Assembly (NCBI GenBank): GCA_963667785.2
Contig: CAXXMU010000002.1
Location: 192,001-256,000 of the forward strand
DNA from: Alphaproteobacteria bacterium
GTDB lineage: Bacteria; Pseudomonadota; Alphaproteobacteria; UBA828
Length of the DNA stretch: 64,000 nucleotides
Reading direction: 5' to 3'
The position numbers and the translations under genes are program-made. Below the pieces are notes generated by a model. It saw only the letters and a program-made list of their open reading frames with translations, did no database searches and was not told the origin of the DNA. Of the stretch, positions 12,526 to 23,375 are shown piece after piece (the stretch's first letter is position 1; each line of letters starts with the position of its first letter).

Positions 12526-13506
12526 TCATACCGGCGGTGTGAAGGTCATCGTGATGTTGCGCCAACCTTCGTAGGTGTTCACATGCTCCGTCAAGAACCG
12601 GAAGGGGCTGGCCTGCAATACGGCCCGGCGGGCGCTTTCCGCCATGGTGCGGTAATTGGCTCCCTCGCCCGCGTCGACGATCTCCACGTGGCGGACGGAG
12701 CCGTCCTGCGCCAACCGGATCCGTAGCGTCACGATCAGTTCGTCGGCATCGAGGGCCCCGGCCGGGACGTTCCACTTCGTCTCGACCTTCTGCCTGATCC
12801 TGTCGGCGATGGTCTGCCGCCAGAGTCCGCTCAACAGCGCCGGCGTTTCGGCTTCGGCGGGCGCGGTGTCCTCCGGGCCTGCGAGTTCCTCCAGCAAGTC
12901 ATCGAAGGGTTTCTCCTCCTCTTTCGTCGCCTTCGGTGGTGCAGGCGGCGGCGAAGGCTCCTCGTCGGTGAGGTCGCGCAGCAGCGTCTCGAAGCTCGGC
13001 TTCTTCACGGGCGGCTTGACGAGCGGCAGGGGCGGGGGGTCTTCCGCAACGGGCTCGGGCTCGGGCGCGGGGGCGGGCTCCGGCGTGGGTTCGGGCACCG
13101 GTTCGACGACAGGCTCCGGTTCGGGCTCCGGCTCTGGCTCGACGACCGGCTCGGGTTCTACCACCGGCTCGGGTATCGGTTCCGGCTCAGGTTCCGGCTC
13201 GATGACCGGCTCCGGGTCCAGCGCGGCGACGACCGCGGGCTCGGGCTCCGGCTGCGTCTCGACGACCGGCTCGGGTTCCGGCTCGACCACGGGCTCGGGT
13301 TCCGCAACCGGCTCCGGCACGGGCTCGGGCGGCGGGGCCGGCTCGGGCGCGCTCGCCTCGTCGGCGATCTCGACCAGGCTGACGACGATCGGACGGTCCT
13401 CGGGCACAAGCGCATCGCTCTCGAACACCTGCGGCAGACCCAGCACCGCGGCCACGATCACGCCGACATGCAGAAGGCCGGAGAAGAGCCAGCCGCGCTT
13501 ACTCAT
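12526..13506 (-). CDS. tolA: TolA-like cell envelope integrity protein
   Basis: N-terminal TM with SxxLH, long Pro/Glu-rich linker and C-terminal TolA/TonB-like domain; between tolR and tolB. Confidence 0.85.
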   Translation of the reverse strand: MSKRGWLFSGLLHVGVIVAAVLGLPQVFESDALVPEDRPIVVSLVEIADEASAPEPAPPPEPVPEPVAEPEPVVEPEPEPVVETQPEPEPAVVAALDPEPVIEPEPEPEPIPEPVVEPEPVVEPEPEPEPEPVVEPVPEPTPEPAPAPEPEPVAEDPPPLPLVKPPVKKPSFETLLRDLTDEEPSPPPAPPKATKEEEKPFDDLLEELAGPEDTAPAEAETPALLSGLWRQTIADRIRQKVETKWNVPAGALDADELIVTLRIRLAQDGSVRHVEIVDAGEGANYRTMAESARRAVLQASPFRFLTEHVNTYEGWRNITMTFTPPV

Positions 13507-13963
13507 CGGCCTCGTCGTCGTCCGCTTGGCGCCGATCCGTCACCAGCGCGACATTGTTGAAGCCCGCGCCGTTGAGCGCGCCCATCACCTCCATCACCCG
13601 CCCGTAGGCGATGTCGCGGTCGCCCCGGATGAAGATACGCACGTCGGGTCGGCGCTCGGTGATCGCCCGGAGCTTGGGGATCAGATCCCCGACCTCCACC
13701 TCGGTCTCCTGAAGATAGGTAGTGCCGTCGCGGGTGATCGTGATCGACAGCGGCTCGTCGTCGCCGGAAATGGGCGGCGAGTCGGTCTCCGGCAGGTCGA
13801 CCTCCACGCCGACCGTGAGCAGGGGCGCCGTGATCATGAAGATGACCAGGAGCACCAGCATCACGTCGACGAACGGGGTCACGTTGATCTCGCTCATCGG
13901 CGCCCGCCGCCGGCGTCCGCTGCGCATGCGTCCGGCGAATGCCCGCTGCCGCGCGGTCGCCAT
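13499..13963 (-). CDS. tolR: TolR
   Basis: [25 protein letters not shown]; [15 protein letters not shown]. Confidence 0.95.
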   Translation of the reverse strand: MATARQRAFAGRMRSGRRRRAPMSEINVTPFVDVMLVLLVIFMITAPLLTVGVEVDLPETDSPPISGDDEPLSITITRDGTTYLQETEVEVGDLIPKLRAITERRPDVRIFIRGDRDIAYGRVMEVMGALNGAGFNNVALVTDRRQADDDEADE

Positions 13964-14697
13964 CAGCCGGCGTGCTCCTCGAGCTGGCGGCCGAGAAGGG
14001 CGCGGAACTCGGTGCCGAACGCCTCCAGCCGGCCGGCATAGCGATCGAGGTCGCTGCTGAGCTTGTTGTAGGCCACGACCGCCGGGATCGCGGCGACCAG
14101 GCCGAGCGCGGTCGCGAACAGCGCCTCGGCGATGCCGGGCGCCACCACGGCGAGCGAGGTGTCCTTGCTCGCCGCGATCGACTGGAAGCTGTTCATGATC
14201 CCCCAGACGGTGCCGAAGAGGCCGACGAACGGTGCCGTTGCGCCCACCGTGGCGAGGAAGCCGAGATAGCGCTCGAGTTGGTCGAGTTCGCGGTTGAGCG
14301 CCGCGTCCATGGCATAGGAGATGCGGCGCTGGAGGCCCTCCAGCCGGTCGGCGGAGAGATGGGTGCCGCGGCTCGCGAACCGGCGCCACTCATCCATCGC
14401 CGAGATGAACAGCACCGTCATCGGGTGGCTGCGCTGCCCGTCGATGTCCTCGTAGAGCTGATCGAGGGAGCCCCCCGACCAGAAGGCGGTCTCGAACTCC
14501 ACGGCCAGCTTGCGCGCACGCGCGTAGCGGAGCGACTTGTCGAAGATGATCGCCCAGCTCCACAGCGATGCGATCAGGAGGACGACGATCACCGCCTTGA
14601 CGATGATGTCGGCCTGTAGGAACAGGCCCCAGAGCGAGAAGTCCTCGGCCACCGCGTTGGCGCCGATCTCGACGGCGTGCAAAAGGTCGGATTCCAT
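13963..14697 (-). CDS. tolQ: TolQ
   Basis: APFVGLFGTVWGIMNSF; VAPGIAEALFATALGL. Confidence 0.95.
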   Translation of the reverse strand: MESDLLHAVEIGANAVAEDFSLWGLFLQADIIVKAVIVVLLIASLWSWAIIFDKSLRYARARKLAVEFETAFWSGGSLDQLYEDIDGQRSHPMTVLFISAMDEWRRFASRGTHLSADRLEGLQRRISYAMDAALNRELDQLERYLGFLATVGATAPFVGLFGTVWGIMNSFQSIAASKDTSLAVVAPGIAEALFATALGLVAAIPAVVAYNKLSSDLDRYAGRLEAFGTEFRALLGRQLEEHAG

Positions 14698-14707
14698 GCT
14701 GTCTCCG

Positions 14708-15196
14708 TTACCGCTGGCCCGCTGGTGCCAATGGGGAAAGCGCCTGGCGCAACGGCGCTGGCAGCCGCACGGCGCGGCCGTCCCGCCCGACGCAGCCGAG
14801 CCTGAGCCCGATGGAGGCCAGCAGCTCGCCCGCGCGCTCGACGCGCTGCACGGCCTCGATATGCGCGCCGGCGACGGTGCCGATCGTCGTCCGCACTTCG
14901 ATCACGTCGTCGAGCAGCGCCGGCCGCCGGTAGTCGACGACGCAGCGGCTCACGACGAACGCCGCATCGTGGCCGTCGAGCAGCGCGCCGTGGGAGATTC
15001 CCGCGCCCCGCATCATCTCGGTCCGCGCACGCTCGGCGAACTTGAGGTAGTTGGCGTAGTAGACGATGCCGCCGGCGTCCGTGTCCTCGTGGTAGACGCG
15101 GAGCGGATAGACGTGCTCGGTCCCCTCGAAGCGGCCGCCGGGGGCAGGACCGGGTGCGCCGACGCCTGTGCCCGTGTCCGCGTCAGTCGCTGCCAT
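14708..15196 (-). CDS. ybgC: Tol-pal-associated acyl-CoA thioesterase YbgC
   Basis: [28 protein letters not shown]; upstream of tolQ. Confidence 0.92.
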   Translation of the reverse strand: MAATDADTGTGVGAPGPAPGGRFEGTEHVYPLRVYHEDTDAGGIVYYANYLKFAERARTEMMRGAGISHGALLDGHDAAFVVSRCVVDYRRPALLDDVIEVRTTIGTVAGAHIEAVQRVERAGELLASIGLRLGCVGRDGRAVRLPAPLRQALSPLAPAGQR

Positions 15197-16232
15197 GTCG
15201 GTCTTCGAGCAGGGCGAGCTGGCGCGATGCCTCGTCCGCCGGCGGCGCCAGCCCCAGATGGTCGAAGCCGTGCGGGGTCAGGCGCCGGCCGCGCGGCGTC
15301 CGCTGGACGAAGCCGAGCTGGATGAGGAAGGGCTCGATCACCTCCTCCAGCGCGTCGCGCTGTTCCGAGAGCGCTGCCGAGACTGTCTCGATTCCCACCG
15401 GGCCGCCGCCATAGTTCTCGGCGATGCAGGCGAGATAGCGCCGATCCATGGAATCGAGCCCGCGCTGGTCGACCTCGAGCCGGTTGAGCGCCCGGTCGGC
15501 GATCGCGGCGTCGATGGTCTCGACCTCGGCGACGGCGGCGAAGTCGCGCACCCGGCGCAGCAGCCGGCCTGCGATGCGCGGCGTGCCGCGGGAGCGGGCG
15601 GCGATCTCCGCCGCCCCGTCGGTGCTCAGCGTCACGTCGAGGAGCGTCGCGTTGCGGCTCACGATCTCGACCAGCTCGTCCACCTCGTAGAAGTCGAGAC
15701 GGAGCGGGATGCCGAAGCGCTCGCGCAGCGGGTTCGTGATGAGCCCGGTCCGCGTCGTGGCGCCGACCAGGGTGAAGGGCGGCAGGTCGATCCGCACCGA
15801 GCGCGCGCCCGGCCCCTCGCCGATGATCAGGTCGAGCTGCGCGTCCTCCATCGCCGGGTAGAGGATCTCCTCCACCGCCGGGTTGAGCCGGTGGATCTCG
15901 TCGATGAACAGCACGTCGCGCTCGTTGAGGTTGGTCAGGATCGCGGCCAGGTCGCCGGCGCGGGCGATGACGGGGCCCGAGGTCGCGCGGATGCCGACGC
16001 CGAGCTCGCGGGCGACGATCTGCGCCAGCGTCGTCTTGCCGAGGCCCGGGGGTCCGTAGAACAGCACGTGGTCAAGGGCCTCGCCGCGATCGGCCGCTGC
16101 GGCGATGAAGATGCGCAGGTTCTCGCGCGTCGCGCGCTGGCCCACGAAGTCGTCGAGCTTGCGCGGCCTGAGCCCGCTGTCGAGCCGGTCTTCGGGCTCC
16201 GCCGCCCCGGCGACGACGCGGGCCTCGCTCAC
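15183..16232 (-). CDS. ruvB: Holliday junction branch migration helicase RuvB
   Basis: [23 protein letters not shown] and RGTPRIA. Confidence 0.97.
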   Translation of the reverse strand: MSEARVVAGAAEPEDRLDSGLRPRKLDDFVGQRATRENLRIFIAAAADRGEALDHVLFYGPPGLGKTTLAQIVARELGVGIRATSGPVIARAGDLAAILTNLNERDVLFIDEIHRLNPAVEEILYPAMEDAQLDLIIGEGPGARSVRIDLPPFTLVGATTRTGLITNPLRERFGIPLRLDFYEVDELVEIVSRNATLLDVTLSTDGAAEIAARSRGTPRIAGRLLRRVRDFAAVAEVETIDAAIADRALNRLEVDQRGLDSMDRRYLACIAENYGGGPVGIETVSAALSEQRDALEEVIEPFLIQLGFVQRTPRGRRLTPHGFDHLGLAPPADEASRQLALLEDRHGSD

Positions 16233-16822
16233 TGCGAGAGCTCCTTCAGGCCGGCCCGGATCAGCGCCTCGACGGAGGCGTCAGCGCCGAGCGAACGCGC
16301 CGCGCCCGTGACCGCGCCGTGGGCCTCCGTCGGGCGGTAGCCCAGGTTGACGAGCGCTGCGACGGCATCGGCGTTGGCCGCGCCGCCGGCGGCAACGGGT
16401 GCTTGGATCGCCCCCGGCAGCGCCGGCACCTTGTCCTCCAGCTCGCTCAGGATCCGCGCCGCGAGCTTGGGCCCCACGCCCGGCGCGCGGGTGAGCCCGC
16501 TCCTGTCCTGCGCGGCGATGCAGGCGGCGAGCTCCGGCGCAGGCAGGGCGCCGAGAATGGCGAGCGCGAGCCGGGCACCGACGCTCTGGACGGTCTGCAG
16601 CAGGCGGAACCACTCGCGCTCCTGCTCGCCGGCGAAGCCGTAGAGATGTATGTGGTCTTCGCGCACCACCGTCTCGACGGTGAGAGTCACCTCCTGCCCG
16701 CGTGCCGGCAGCGCGGCCAGGGTGCTCGCGGAGCAATAGGTGAGGTAGCCGACGCCGCCGACATCGACGACCGCCCAGCCGTCGCCCAGGCTGTCGAGGG
16801 TCCCGCGCAGCTTGGCGATCAT
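16229..16822 (-). CDS. ruvA: Holliday junction branch migration protein RuvA
   Basis: [25 protein letters not shown] and ALVNLGY. Confidence 0.95.
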   Translation of the reverse strand: MIAKLRGTLDSLGDGWAVVDVGGVGYLTYCSASTLAALPARGQEVTLTVETVVREDHIHLYGFAGEQEREWFRLLQTVQSVGARLALAILGALPAPELAACIAAQDRSGLTRAPGVGPKLAARILSELEDKVPALPGAIQAPVAAGGAANADAVAALVNLGYRPTEAHGAVTGAARSLGADASVEALIRAGLKELSQ

Positions 16823-17340
16823 CGGGCCGGCTTCGCCGCCGCTTCCGCTGCCGGCTGCCAGCGGGCGTGGGTTCCGGCGGCGTGGGCGTGGCAGATCGCC
16901 GCCGCCAGCGCGTCCGTGGCATCCGCCGTCGCCTCGCCGACGCCGGGCAGCAGGTGGCGGACCATGAGCGCGACCTGCTCCTTGTCGGCATGGCCCGCGC
17001 CGACCAGCGCCTTCTTGATCCGGTTCGCGGCATATTCGTGGACGGGAAGGCCGGCGAGCGCCGGCGCGAGCAGGGCGACGCCCCGCGCCAGCCCGAGCTT
17101 GAGGGTCGAATCCGGGTTCCGGTTGACGAAGCTCTCCTCGACCGCGGCCTCGTCCGGCGCGAAGCGCGCGACGATCTCCACCAGCCCGTCGTGCAGCGCA
17201 CGGAGGCGTTCCGGCACGCTCGCGCGCGCATCGGTGTCGACCACGCCGTGGCCGACATGGCGCAGCCGGTTGCCGGCGATCTCGATCACGCCCCAGCCGG
17301 TCCGGCGGAGGCCGGGGTCGATACCGAGCACGCGGGACAC
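16819..17340 (-). CDS. ruvC: Crossover junction endodeoxyribonuclease RuvC
   Basis: [28 protein letters not shown] and [12 protein letters not shown]. Confidence 0.96.
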   Translation of the reverse strand: MSRVLGIDPGLRRTGWGVIEIAGNRLRHVGHGVVDTDARASVPERLRALHDGLVEIVARFAPDEAAVEESFVNRNPDSTLKLGLARGVALLAPALAGLPVHEYAANRIKKALVGAGHADKEQVALMVRHLLPGVGEATADATDALAAAICHAHAAGTHARWQPAAEAAAKPAR

Positions 17341-17355
17341 GCCGTCCGCCCCCGC

Positions 17356-18108
17356 TCAGGCCGACAGCGCCTGCAGGACATCGTCGCTCACGTCGTAGTT
17401 CGCCGATACCTGCTGCACGTCGTCGCTGTCGTCGAGCGCCTCCAGCAGTCTGAAGACGCCTTCCGCCTGGTCCTGGTCGATGGGCACCGTGGTCTGCGGG
17501 CGCCAGACGATCTCGACCCGCTCCGGCGCCCCGAAGCGCGCGCTCAGTGACTCGCTCGCCTCGCTCAGCGACCCCGGCTCGCAGAGCAGCTCGTGCCCGT
17601 CCGCCTCGCTCTCGCATTCGTCGGCGCCCACCTCGAGCGCAGCCTCGAACATGTCGTCGCCGCTCGCGGCATCCGCGGGGAAGCGGATCACGCCGACCCG
17701 GCGGAACAGGTAGCTCACCGAGCCGCTCTCCGCGAGGGAGCCGCCGTGCTTGCTGAAGATGGAGCGCAGGCTGGCCGCGGTGCGGTTGCGGTTGTCGGTG
17801 ATCGCATCGATGATGACGGCGACGCCGCCGGGCCCGAAGCCCTCGTAGCTCAGCGTGTCGAAGCGTTCCTGGCCGCCGTCCCCGCCCGCCGCCTTCTTGA
17901 TGGCGCGCTCGATGTTGTCCTTGGGCACGCTCTGCGCCTTGGCCGCCGCGACGGCCGTGCGCAGGCGCGGGTTGTGATCGGGGTCCGGTGTGCCCTCGCG
18001 TGCAGCGACATAGACCTCACGGATCAACTTGGTGAACCGCTTGGCCCGCCGGGCGTCCTGCGCGCCCTTGCGGTACATGATGTTGGCCCATTTGGAATGG
18101 CCGGCCAT
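17356..18108 (-). CDS. yebC: YebC/PmpR family protein
   Basis: MAGHSKWANI, NPRLR, YEGFGPGG and TDNRNRT. Confidence 0.95.
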   Translation of the reverse strand: MAGHSKWANIMYRKGAQDARRAKRFTKLIREVYVAAREGTPDPDHNPRLRTAVAAAKAQSVPKDNIERAIKKAAGGDGGQERFDTLSYEGFGPGGVAVIIDAITDNRNRTAASLRSIFSKHGGSLAESGSVSYLFRRVGVIRFPADAASGDDMFEAALEVGADECESEADGHELLCEPGSLSEASESLSARFGAPERVEIVWRPQTTVPIDQDQAEGVFRLLEALDDSDDVQQVSANYDVSDDVLQALSA

Positions 18109-18327
18109 GGGCGCTACCCGACGACGTGGGGAAACGGTGCGTGCGGAGACCCCGACGGGTGCCGCGTGATCGCGAAGTCTCTCATTGGTCTGCGTAGGCG
18201 GTCATTGTGGCCAGATTGGGGCAGCCGATCTTGGTGTTGGTACAACATCTTGTGGTTGGCGTCACCCCCGAAACCCTCGCTTGAGAGTTTCCTCGTCGCG
18301 CGGCGGCGTCCCCGCCTGCGGCGCCGT

Positions 18328-19155
18328 TCACTCCTCGGTGACGCGCAGGGCGACGAAGCGGAGGCGGGTGTAGTCGGTGACCCAGCGGCCGTCGGGGCAG
18401 AGGCGCTCGCGGGTCAGCGCCACCGTGCGCTCGATGACTGCGGGCACGCGCTCCGGTGGGGCCGCGTCGGTGAAGTTGCGGCCGAACATGGCGATCCAGT
18501 CGGCGAGCCCGTTGGGGCAATCGTCGAGCGGCGTCGGGCGTGCGAAATAGTGGAGGTGCGCGACCTCGAAGCCGCCCTCCTCCAGCAGCCCGACATAGCG
18601 GCTGGTGCGCGGAAAATACCAGGGAAAATCGACCGCGTCGGCAGGCACGCCTTCCTCGGCGAGCGCCTGGTAGAGCGCGTCCGTGATGATCCGCACGTTG
18701 CGGTGCGCTCCCATCTCGGCGACGAAACGGCCGCCGGGCCTGAGCGCGCGCGCGACACAGGCGATCACCCGTTCAGGGTCCTCCTTCATCCAGTGGAGCG
18801 CGGCATTGGAGAAGACGGCGTCGGCCTCGCCCTCGATCGCGAAGTCGCGCCCATCGGCATGCGCGAAGGCGAGGTGCGGGTACCGGGCACGCGCGCGCTC
18901 GATCATCGCCGCGTCGGCGTCGATGCCGATCACGTCTGCGCCGCGGGCGGCGATCTCGGCGCTCAGCGTCCCGGTGCCGCAGCCGAGGTCGACGATCCGC
19001 TCGCCGGCCTCCGGCGCGAGCAGGTCGAGCATATCGGTGCCGAAGGCCGAGACGAAGCCGAAGGAGCGGTCGTAGAGGGCCGCGTCCCAGGCCGCCGAGC
19101 CGTCGGCGCCCTCGGGCGCGTCGCTCCCGGCCGGCGACCGGCTAGTCGTCCGCAT
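18328..19155 (-). CDS. Class I SAM-dependent methyltransferase (Tam-like)
   Basis: VDLGCGTG, FSNAALHW and LRPGGRF. Confidence 0.88.
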   Translation of the reverse strand: MRTTSRSPAGSDAPEGADGSAAWDAALYDRSFGFVSAFGTDMLDLLAPEAGERIVDLGCGTGTLSAEIAARGADVIGIDADAAMIERARARYPHLAFAHADGRDFAIEGEADAVFSNAALHWMKEDPERVIACVARALRPGGRFVAEMGAHRNVRIITDALYQALAEEGVPADAVDFPWYFPRTSRYVGLLEEGGFEVAHLHYFARPTPLDDCPNGLADWIAMFGRNFTDAAPPERVPAVIERTVALTRERLCPDGRWVTDYTRLRFVALRVTEE

Positions 19156-19936
19156 CCTGATGGTCGCGGGCCGCGTCCAGCATGGCGCGGATCATCTTCG
19201 GCCGGGGCACCGCGGGCTTGGGATGCGCCACCGGGCTGTGGCTGTGGCCGAGGCCCAGCACCATCTCCACCATCTTCAGCGCGAGCGGGCCCGGATTGAC
19301 CACCGGCACCGGCAGGTTCTCCGAGAGGTAGGGCCCGGCCTGGGACAGCGTGGTGGAGCCGAGGACGATCACGTCGGCGCCCTTGGCGAGGCCCTTCTCG
19401 CAGGCGGTCTTCATCTTCGGGAAGACCTCGTCCTCGCGGCCCGTGAAGAGCGCCTTCATGTCCGACTGCGCCTCGAACAGCTCGATCGAGGTGCAGAACT
19501 GCGCGACCTCGAACTTCTTCATCAGGTTCTTGTAGAAGGCGAGCCAGGCATCGGTGTACTGCGGATAGGCCGGGTCGGTCTGGGCGATCACCGAGAAGCG
19601 GGTGCCGAGCGCGAGCGCATAGAGGAGCGACGACTTGCCGTTCGAGACCACGGGAATGTCCAGCACCGCGCGCAGCTCGGCAACGCCCGAATCGCTCAGC
19701 GTGTTCACCGTGATGGCGTCGTAGCCCTCCTCGGCCAGCGCGATGCCGGCCTCGAAGATGGCGAACTCGACCAGCATCTCGTCGTGCCGGCCGATGAAGT
19801 GCTTGGGTCCCGCCCTGAGCGGCTTGTAGTCGAAGGTGACGGCGCCGGAGAGCTCGACCTGGGCCATCTCCTGGCGCCTGTAGTCGAGGCCTTCCTCGTC
19901 GAACGGAAACGGCACGATCACGGCGGCGCGTGGCAT
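19142..19936 (-). CDS. Asp/Glu/hydantoin racemase family protein (Cys-less variant)
   Basis: EGYDAITVNTLSDSG...LDIPVV and GADVIVLGSTT match the family fold motifs. Confidence 0.75.
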   Translation of the reverse strand: MPRAAVIVPFPFDEEGLDYRRQEMAQVELSGAVTFDYKPLRAGPKHFIGRHDEMLVEFAIFEAGIALAEEGYDAITVNTLSDSGVAELRAVLDIPVVSNGKSSLLYALALGTRFSVIAQTDPAYPQYTDAWLAFYKNLMKKFEVAQFCTSIELFEAQSDMKALFTGREDEVFPKMKTACEKGLAKGADVIVLGSTTLSQAGPYLSENLPVPVVNPGPLALKMVEMVLGLGHSHSPVAHPKPAVPRPKMIRAMLDAARDHQDADD

Positions 19937-20002
19937 GGCAGGTCCTCCCTCCGGTCCCTCTCGTCTCGTCGGCGCTTCCGGCGTGCCCGGCCTGCGCCGT
20001 CC

Positions 20003-20923
20003 CTATACCGGGTTCGCGGCCAGCCAGCGCGCGTAAGTTCGCACGCCCTCCTCGAACCCCACCTGCGGCCGCCAACCGAGCACGCGCGCGGCCGCCGAGA
20101 TGTCGAACCTCCCGTGGCTCTGGTCTTCCGGATCGGCGCCTTCGCCGAGCGCGATCCGCGCATCGGGCAGAACGCGTTCCACCGTGTCCACGATCTCGGC
20201 GAAGTCCAGCCGCTCGCCGCCCGTGACGTTGAACGCGCGCTGCGGCCCGATCTCGTCTGCATCGAGCGCGGCGATGACGGCGCCGACGACGTCGTCGATG
20301 TTCACGTATTGCCGCGTGAAGCCGCGGCCGAAGGGGAGCGTCGTGGCCCGCCCGGCCTGGGCGTCCTGGATCATGTCGCGTATCACGCAGGGCGTGCGGC
20401 GGCGGGGGCCGTAGACCCACGAGAAGCGCAGCACGACGGCGTCGATGCCGGTCTGCGCCGCATAGGCCCGGGTCAGGATATCGCCGGCTGCCTTGGTGGC
20501 GCCGTAGATGTCGTCGGCCGCGAGCGGGGCGTCCTCTGGCACCGGGTCAAGCCCGGCTGCGGTGTTTCCGTACGCCGAGGTCGACGAGCAGAAGACCAGG
20601 CGCACCCCCCGCTGGCGCGCGATCTCGAGCAGGTTGGCGGTGCCGGCGACATTGGTCTCGATCACCGCACGCGGGTTGTCGCGGCTCAGCATGGGGCCCG
20701 AGACCGCCCCGCAGTGGACGATCGCCGCGATGTCGCCGCTGCAGATGGCGTGCAGCTTGTGGACGTCCGTCAGCTCCGCGTCGATCGAGGGGAAGCCGGC
20801 GTCCTCGCGTGGCTGGATGCGGTCGGTGCCGATCACGGCGCGCCCTTCCGCCGCGAGTCGGGACGCGACGCCGAATCCGATCAGCCCCGCCGATCCGGTA
20901 ACCACGACTGCGCCGGTTGCCAT
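20003..20923 (-). CDS. NAD-dependent epimerase/dehydratase (extended SDR)
   Basis: TGSAGLIG, SSTSAYG, YGATK and VYGP. Confidence 0.88.
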   Translation of the reverse strand: MATGAVVVTGSAGLIGFGVASRLAAEGRAVIGTDRIQPREDAGFPSIDAELTDVHKLHAICSGDIAAIVHCGAVSGPMLSRDNPRAVIETNVAGTANLLEIARQRGVRLVFCSSTSAYGNTAAGLDPVPEDAPLAADDIYGATKAAGDILTRAYAAQTGIDAVVLRFSWVYGPRRRTPCVIRDMIQDAQAGRATTLPFGRGFTRQYVNIDDVVGAVIAALDADEIGPQRAFNVTGGERLDFAEIVDTVERVLPDARIALGEGADPEDQSHGRFDISAAARVLGWRPQVGFEEGVRTYARWLAANPV

Positions 20924-21048
20924 GCCGCCGTTCTCCTTCCGCCCGCTGCGCAGGGTGCGGCGGGGCGGACGAGCGCGTCAAGCACGCCGCCCTCGCATGC
21001 CCCGCGCGATCGTCTACAATCGATCTCCATGACGCGCCAGCACCACCC

Positions 21049-21393
21049 ATGACCGGCCGTGCCACACGCGATCCTGCGACGATCAGGCAGCGGCTCGAAC
21101 AGGAACGCGACGAGCTGCTCGCGCTGAGCGAGGCGGCGGCCGACGAGCGCCGCCCGGTCGCGCTCGACCAGCAGAGCGTAGGCCGCCTCTCGCGCATGGA
21201 CGCCATGCAGGTGCAGGCGATGGCGCAGTCGGTGGAGGCGCGCCGCCGGGCGCGGCTGCCGCTGATTGAGGCGGCGCTGCGCCGACTGGATTCGGGCGAT
21301 TACGGCTACTGCACCGACTGCGGAGAGAAGATTCCGGCCCGGCGGCTCGCCATCGACCCCACCATCGCCCGCTGCGTCGACTGCGCGGGTTAG
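21049..21393 (+). CDS. TraR/DksA C4-type zinc finger protein
   Basis: LDQQSVGRLSRMDAMQ coiled coil; YGYCTDCGEKI...RCVDC. Confidence 0.88.
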   Translation: MTGRATRDPATIRQRLEQERDELLALSEAAADERRPVALDQQSVGRLSRMDAMQVQAMAQSVEARRRARLPLIEAALRRLDSGDYGYCTDCGEKIPARRLAIDPTIARCVDCAG

Positions 21394-21557
21394 CGCGTAT
21401 CCGTCTTTGACGGATACGCGACAGGCCGCAACTGCGGCCCGCCGCTTATGCGGCGCGCCCGCGCAGGCGCCGGTTGTCGCACGGTATCGCGGGACGGCCG
21501 GCTGCCGTGAGCGACAAAGAGGCCGGAGCGTTTCCGCATAAAGCGGACACGTTCTAG
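21391..21557. repeat. Multi-hairpin intergenic repeat (MITE/Bru-RS-like), copy 1
   Basis: Shares GACGGATACGCGACAGGCCGC...CCGTGAGCGACAAAG...GAGCGTTTCCG with the copies at ~26154 and ~28250; several perfect stem-loops. Confidence 0.85.
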
Positions 21558-22345
21558 CGACCGACCGAGATCGTCGCGTCCATGTAGAGCACCGCGCGGC
21601 CGGCGATGGAGACCCGCTCGCCCCGGTCCTCGCAGACCATCCACCCGCCGCGGGCGGAAAGCTGGCGCACCGCGAGCCGCCGCTTGCCGAGCCTCGCCGC
21701 CCAGTAGGGCGCGAGCGCGGTCTGCACGTTGCCGGTGACCGGATCCTCCGGCACCGCGTTCTTGGGCGCGAAGAAGCGCAGCACGTAGTCCGCATCGCCT
21801 GCGGCGCCCGGCGCCGTCGCCACCACGCCGCGTCGGTCGAGGGCGGTCAGCAGCGCTTGGTCCGGTTGCAGGTCCGCCACCTCGTCCGCGCCCTCGAACA
21901 CGGCGACCCAGTCTGCGCCGGCGAGCACGGCGGCCGGTTCCGCGCCGAGAGCGTTCGCCAGCACCGGCGGCGGCGATGCAGGTGACGCCGGCTGCGCCGG
22001 AAAGTCCATCACCAGCGCCTCGCCCTCGCGGGTGACCGTGAGTCGCCCGCTCTTCGTCTCGAACGCGACGCTGTCGGTGCCCGGCCGGAGCTCCTCGAAC
22101 ACGACGAAGGCGGCGGCCAGCGTGGCGTGGCCGCAGAGGTCGACCTCGACATTGGGTGTGAACCAGCGCAGGCCATAGCCCGCGCCGTCCGGCACCATGA
22201 ACGCGGTCTCCGACAGATTGTTCTCGGCCGCGATCGCCTGCATCGTGGCCTCGTCCAGCCAGGCAACGAGAGGGCAGACCGCGGCCGGATTGCCGCCCAG
22301 CACCCGGTCGGTGAAGGTGTCGATCTGCAGCAGTCTGAGCGTCAT
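21554..22345 (-). CDS. PhzF family epimerase/isomerase
   Basis: GGNPAAV, ENNLSETAF, EVDLCGHAT and EDPVTG. Confidence 0.92.
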   Translation of the reverse strand: MTLRLLQIDTFTDRVLGGNPAAVCPLVAWLDEATMQAIAAENNLSETAFMVPDGAGYGLRWFTPNVEVDLCGHATLAAAFVVFEELRPGTDSVAFETKSGRLTVTREGEALVMDFPAQPASPASPPPVLANALGAEPAAVLAGADWVAVFEGADEVADLQPDQALLTALDRRGVVATAPGAAGDADYVLRFFAPKNAVPEDPVTGNVQTALAPYWAARLGKRRLAVRQLSARGGWMVCEDRGERVSIAGRAVLYMDATISVGR

Positions 22346-23298
22346 TCGTCAGCCTCCTGTCGGCTGCTGCGGCGCTTCGACCAGGTGAGCACCGCGAGCC
22401 CCGCGAGCAGCAGGGCGGCGGCGATCCACGCCGAGCCGCTCAGCCGTTCGCCGAAGATCACCGCCCCCCAGCCGAATCCCGACAGCACCACGATATAGCC
22501 GAATTGGGAGAGGAAAAGCGGCCCGCCCAGCCGGAGAATCTCGAAGATGAAGTACCAGACCAGCGCGGTGACCGCGGTGGCGCCGAGGATCGCGAGGTCG
22601 CCGGCGAGCAGCGGGCCGGGGAAGAGATAGGTCTCGCCCGTGCCGATCATCACCGGGACGAGCACCACCGCGCCGCCGATCTGGATTCCGCAGGCGAGCG
22701 AGAGCGAGTGCGCCTTGGGCGGCCACAGCAGCGCGCCCGCGATGTTGAACGCGGCGAAGCAGACCGGCGCCAGCAGCGCCAGCAGCAGCCAGCTCACCTC
22801 GGCGAAGCTCGGCAGGGTGATGCCTGGCACCACGAGGATCAGGATCCCGGCGAGCCCCAGCGCCACGCCGCCTGTGCTGAGCAGCCGGAAGCGCTCCATG
22901 CGGAGCGTCATCGCCATCAGGTAGGTGCAGGTCGGCGAGAGCGAGGTGACCATGACCACGAGGCTCGCCGGCAGCCGGGGCGCGACATGGGCGAGCAGCG
23001 ACACGGGAATCGCGATGCCGACCGCGCCCGCGACGAGATAAAGGCGAAGGTGCGCACGGTCGAGCCCGACGGGCAGGCGTGCCGCAGCACAGCCGAGCCC
23101 GAGGATCAGGCCGGCGCCCAGCGTGTGCCAGAAGACGTAGGCGAGGCCCGGCACCTCGTTGGTCGTCGCGACCTTGTTGATCGAGAAGAGCAGGCCGTAG
23201 AGGGAGCCCGCGCACAGCAGGTAGACGACCGCGAGCGCGCCGACCCTGGGTGCCTTCGGCGCGGCGGCACCGGCCCGCGCGTCGCCCGCGTCGGTCAT
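22342..23298 (-). CDS. DMT/EamA family transporter
   Basis: About 10 hydrophobic helices in two repeats; LRMERF and IFGERL loop motifs. Confidence 0.85.
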   Translation of the reverse strand: MTDAGDARAGAAAPKAPRVGALAVVYLLCAGSLYGLLFSINKVATTNEVPGLAYVFWHTLGAGLILGLGCAAARLPVGLDRAHLRLYLVAGAVGIAIPVSLLAHVAPRLPASLVVMVTSLSPTCTYLMAMTLRMERFRLLSTGGVALGLAGILILVVPGITLPSFAEVSWLLLALLAPVCFAAFNIAGALLWPPKAHSLSLACGIQIGGAVVLVPVMIGTGETYLFPGPLLAGDLAILGATAVTALVWYFIFEILRLGGPLFLSQFGYIVVLSGFGWGAVIFGERLSGSAWIAAALLLAGLAVLTWSKRRSSRQEADE

Positions 23299-23375
23299 CG
23301 ACTGGGTGTCGGAGCGCCGGTGCGCCGAGGCGCGCTACGATGCGGGTGCCGGCCGTTGCGTGCCGCCGGCGGCGT

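Noticed and set aside
12960-13360. Highly repetitive GGCTCGGG(T/C)TC tract and the 461-aa Gly/Ser/Thr-rich plus-strand ORF (12656-14041)
   Set aside because: This is the Pro/Glu linker of TolA read antisense; not a CRISPR array or an adhesin
18109-18327. Possible 6S RNA or tRNA in the spacer upstream of yebC
   Set aside because: No recognisable long 6S hairpin with a central bubble and no tRNA cloverleaf or T-loop; the usual neighbouring genes are absent
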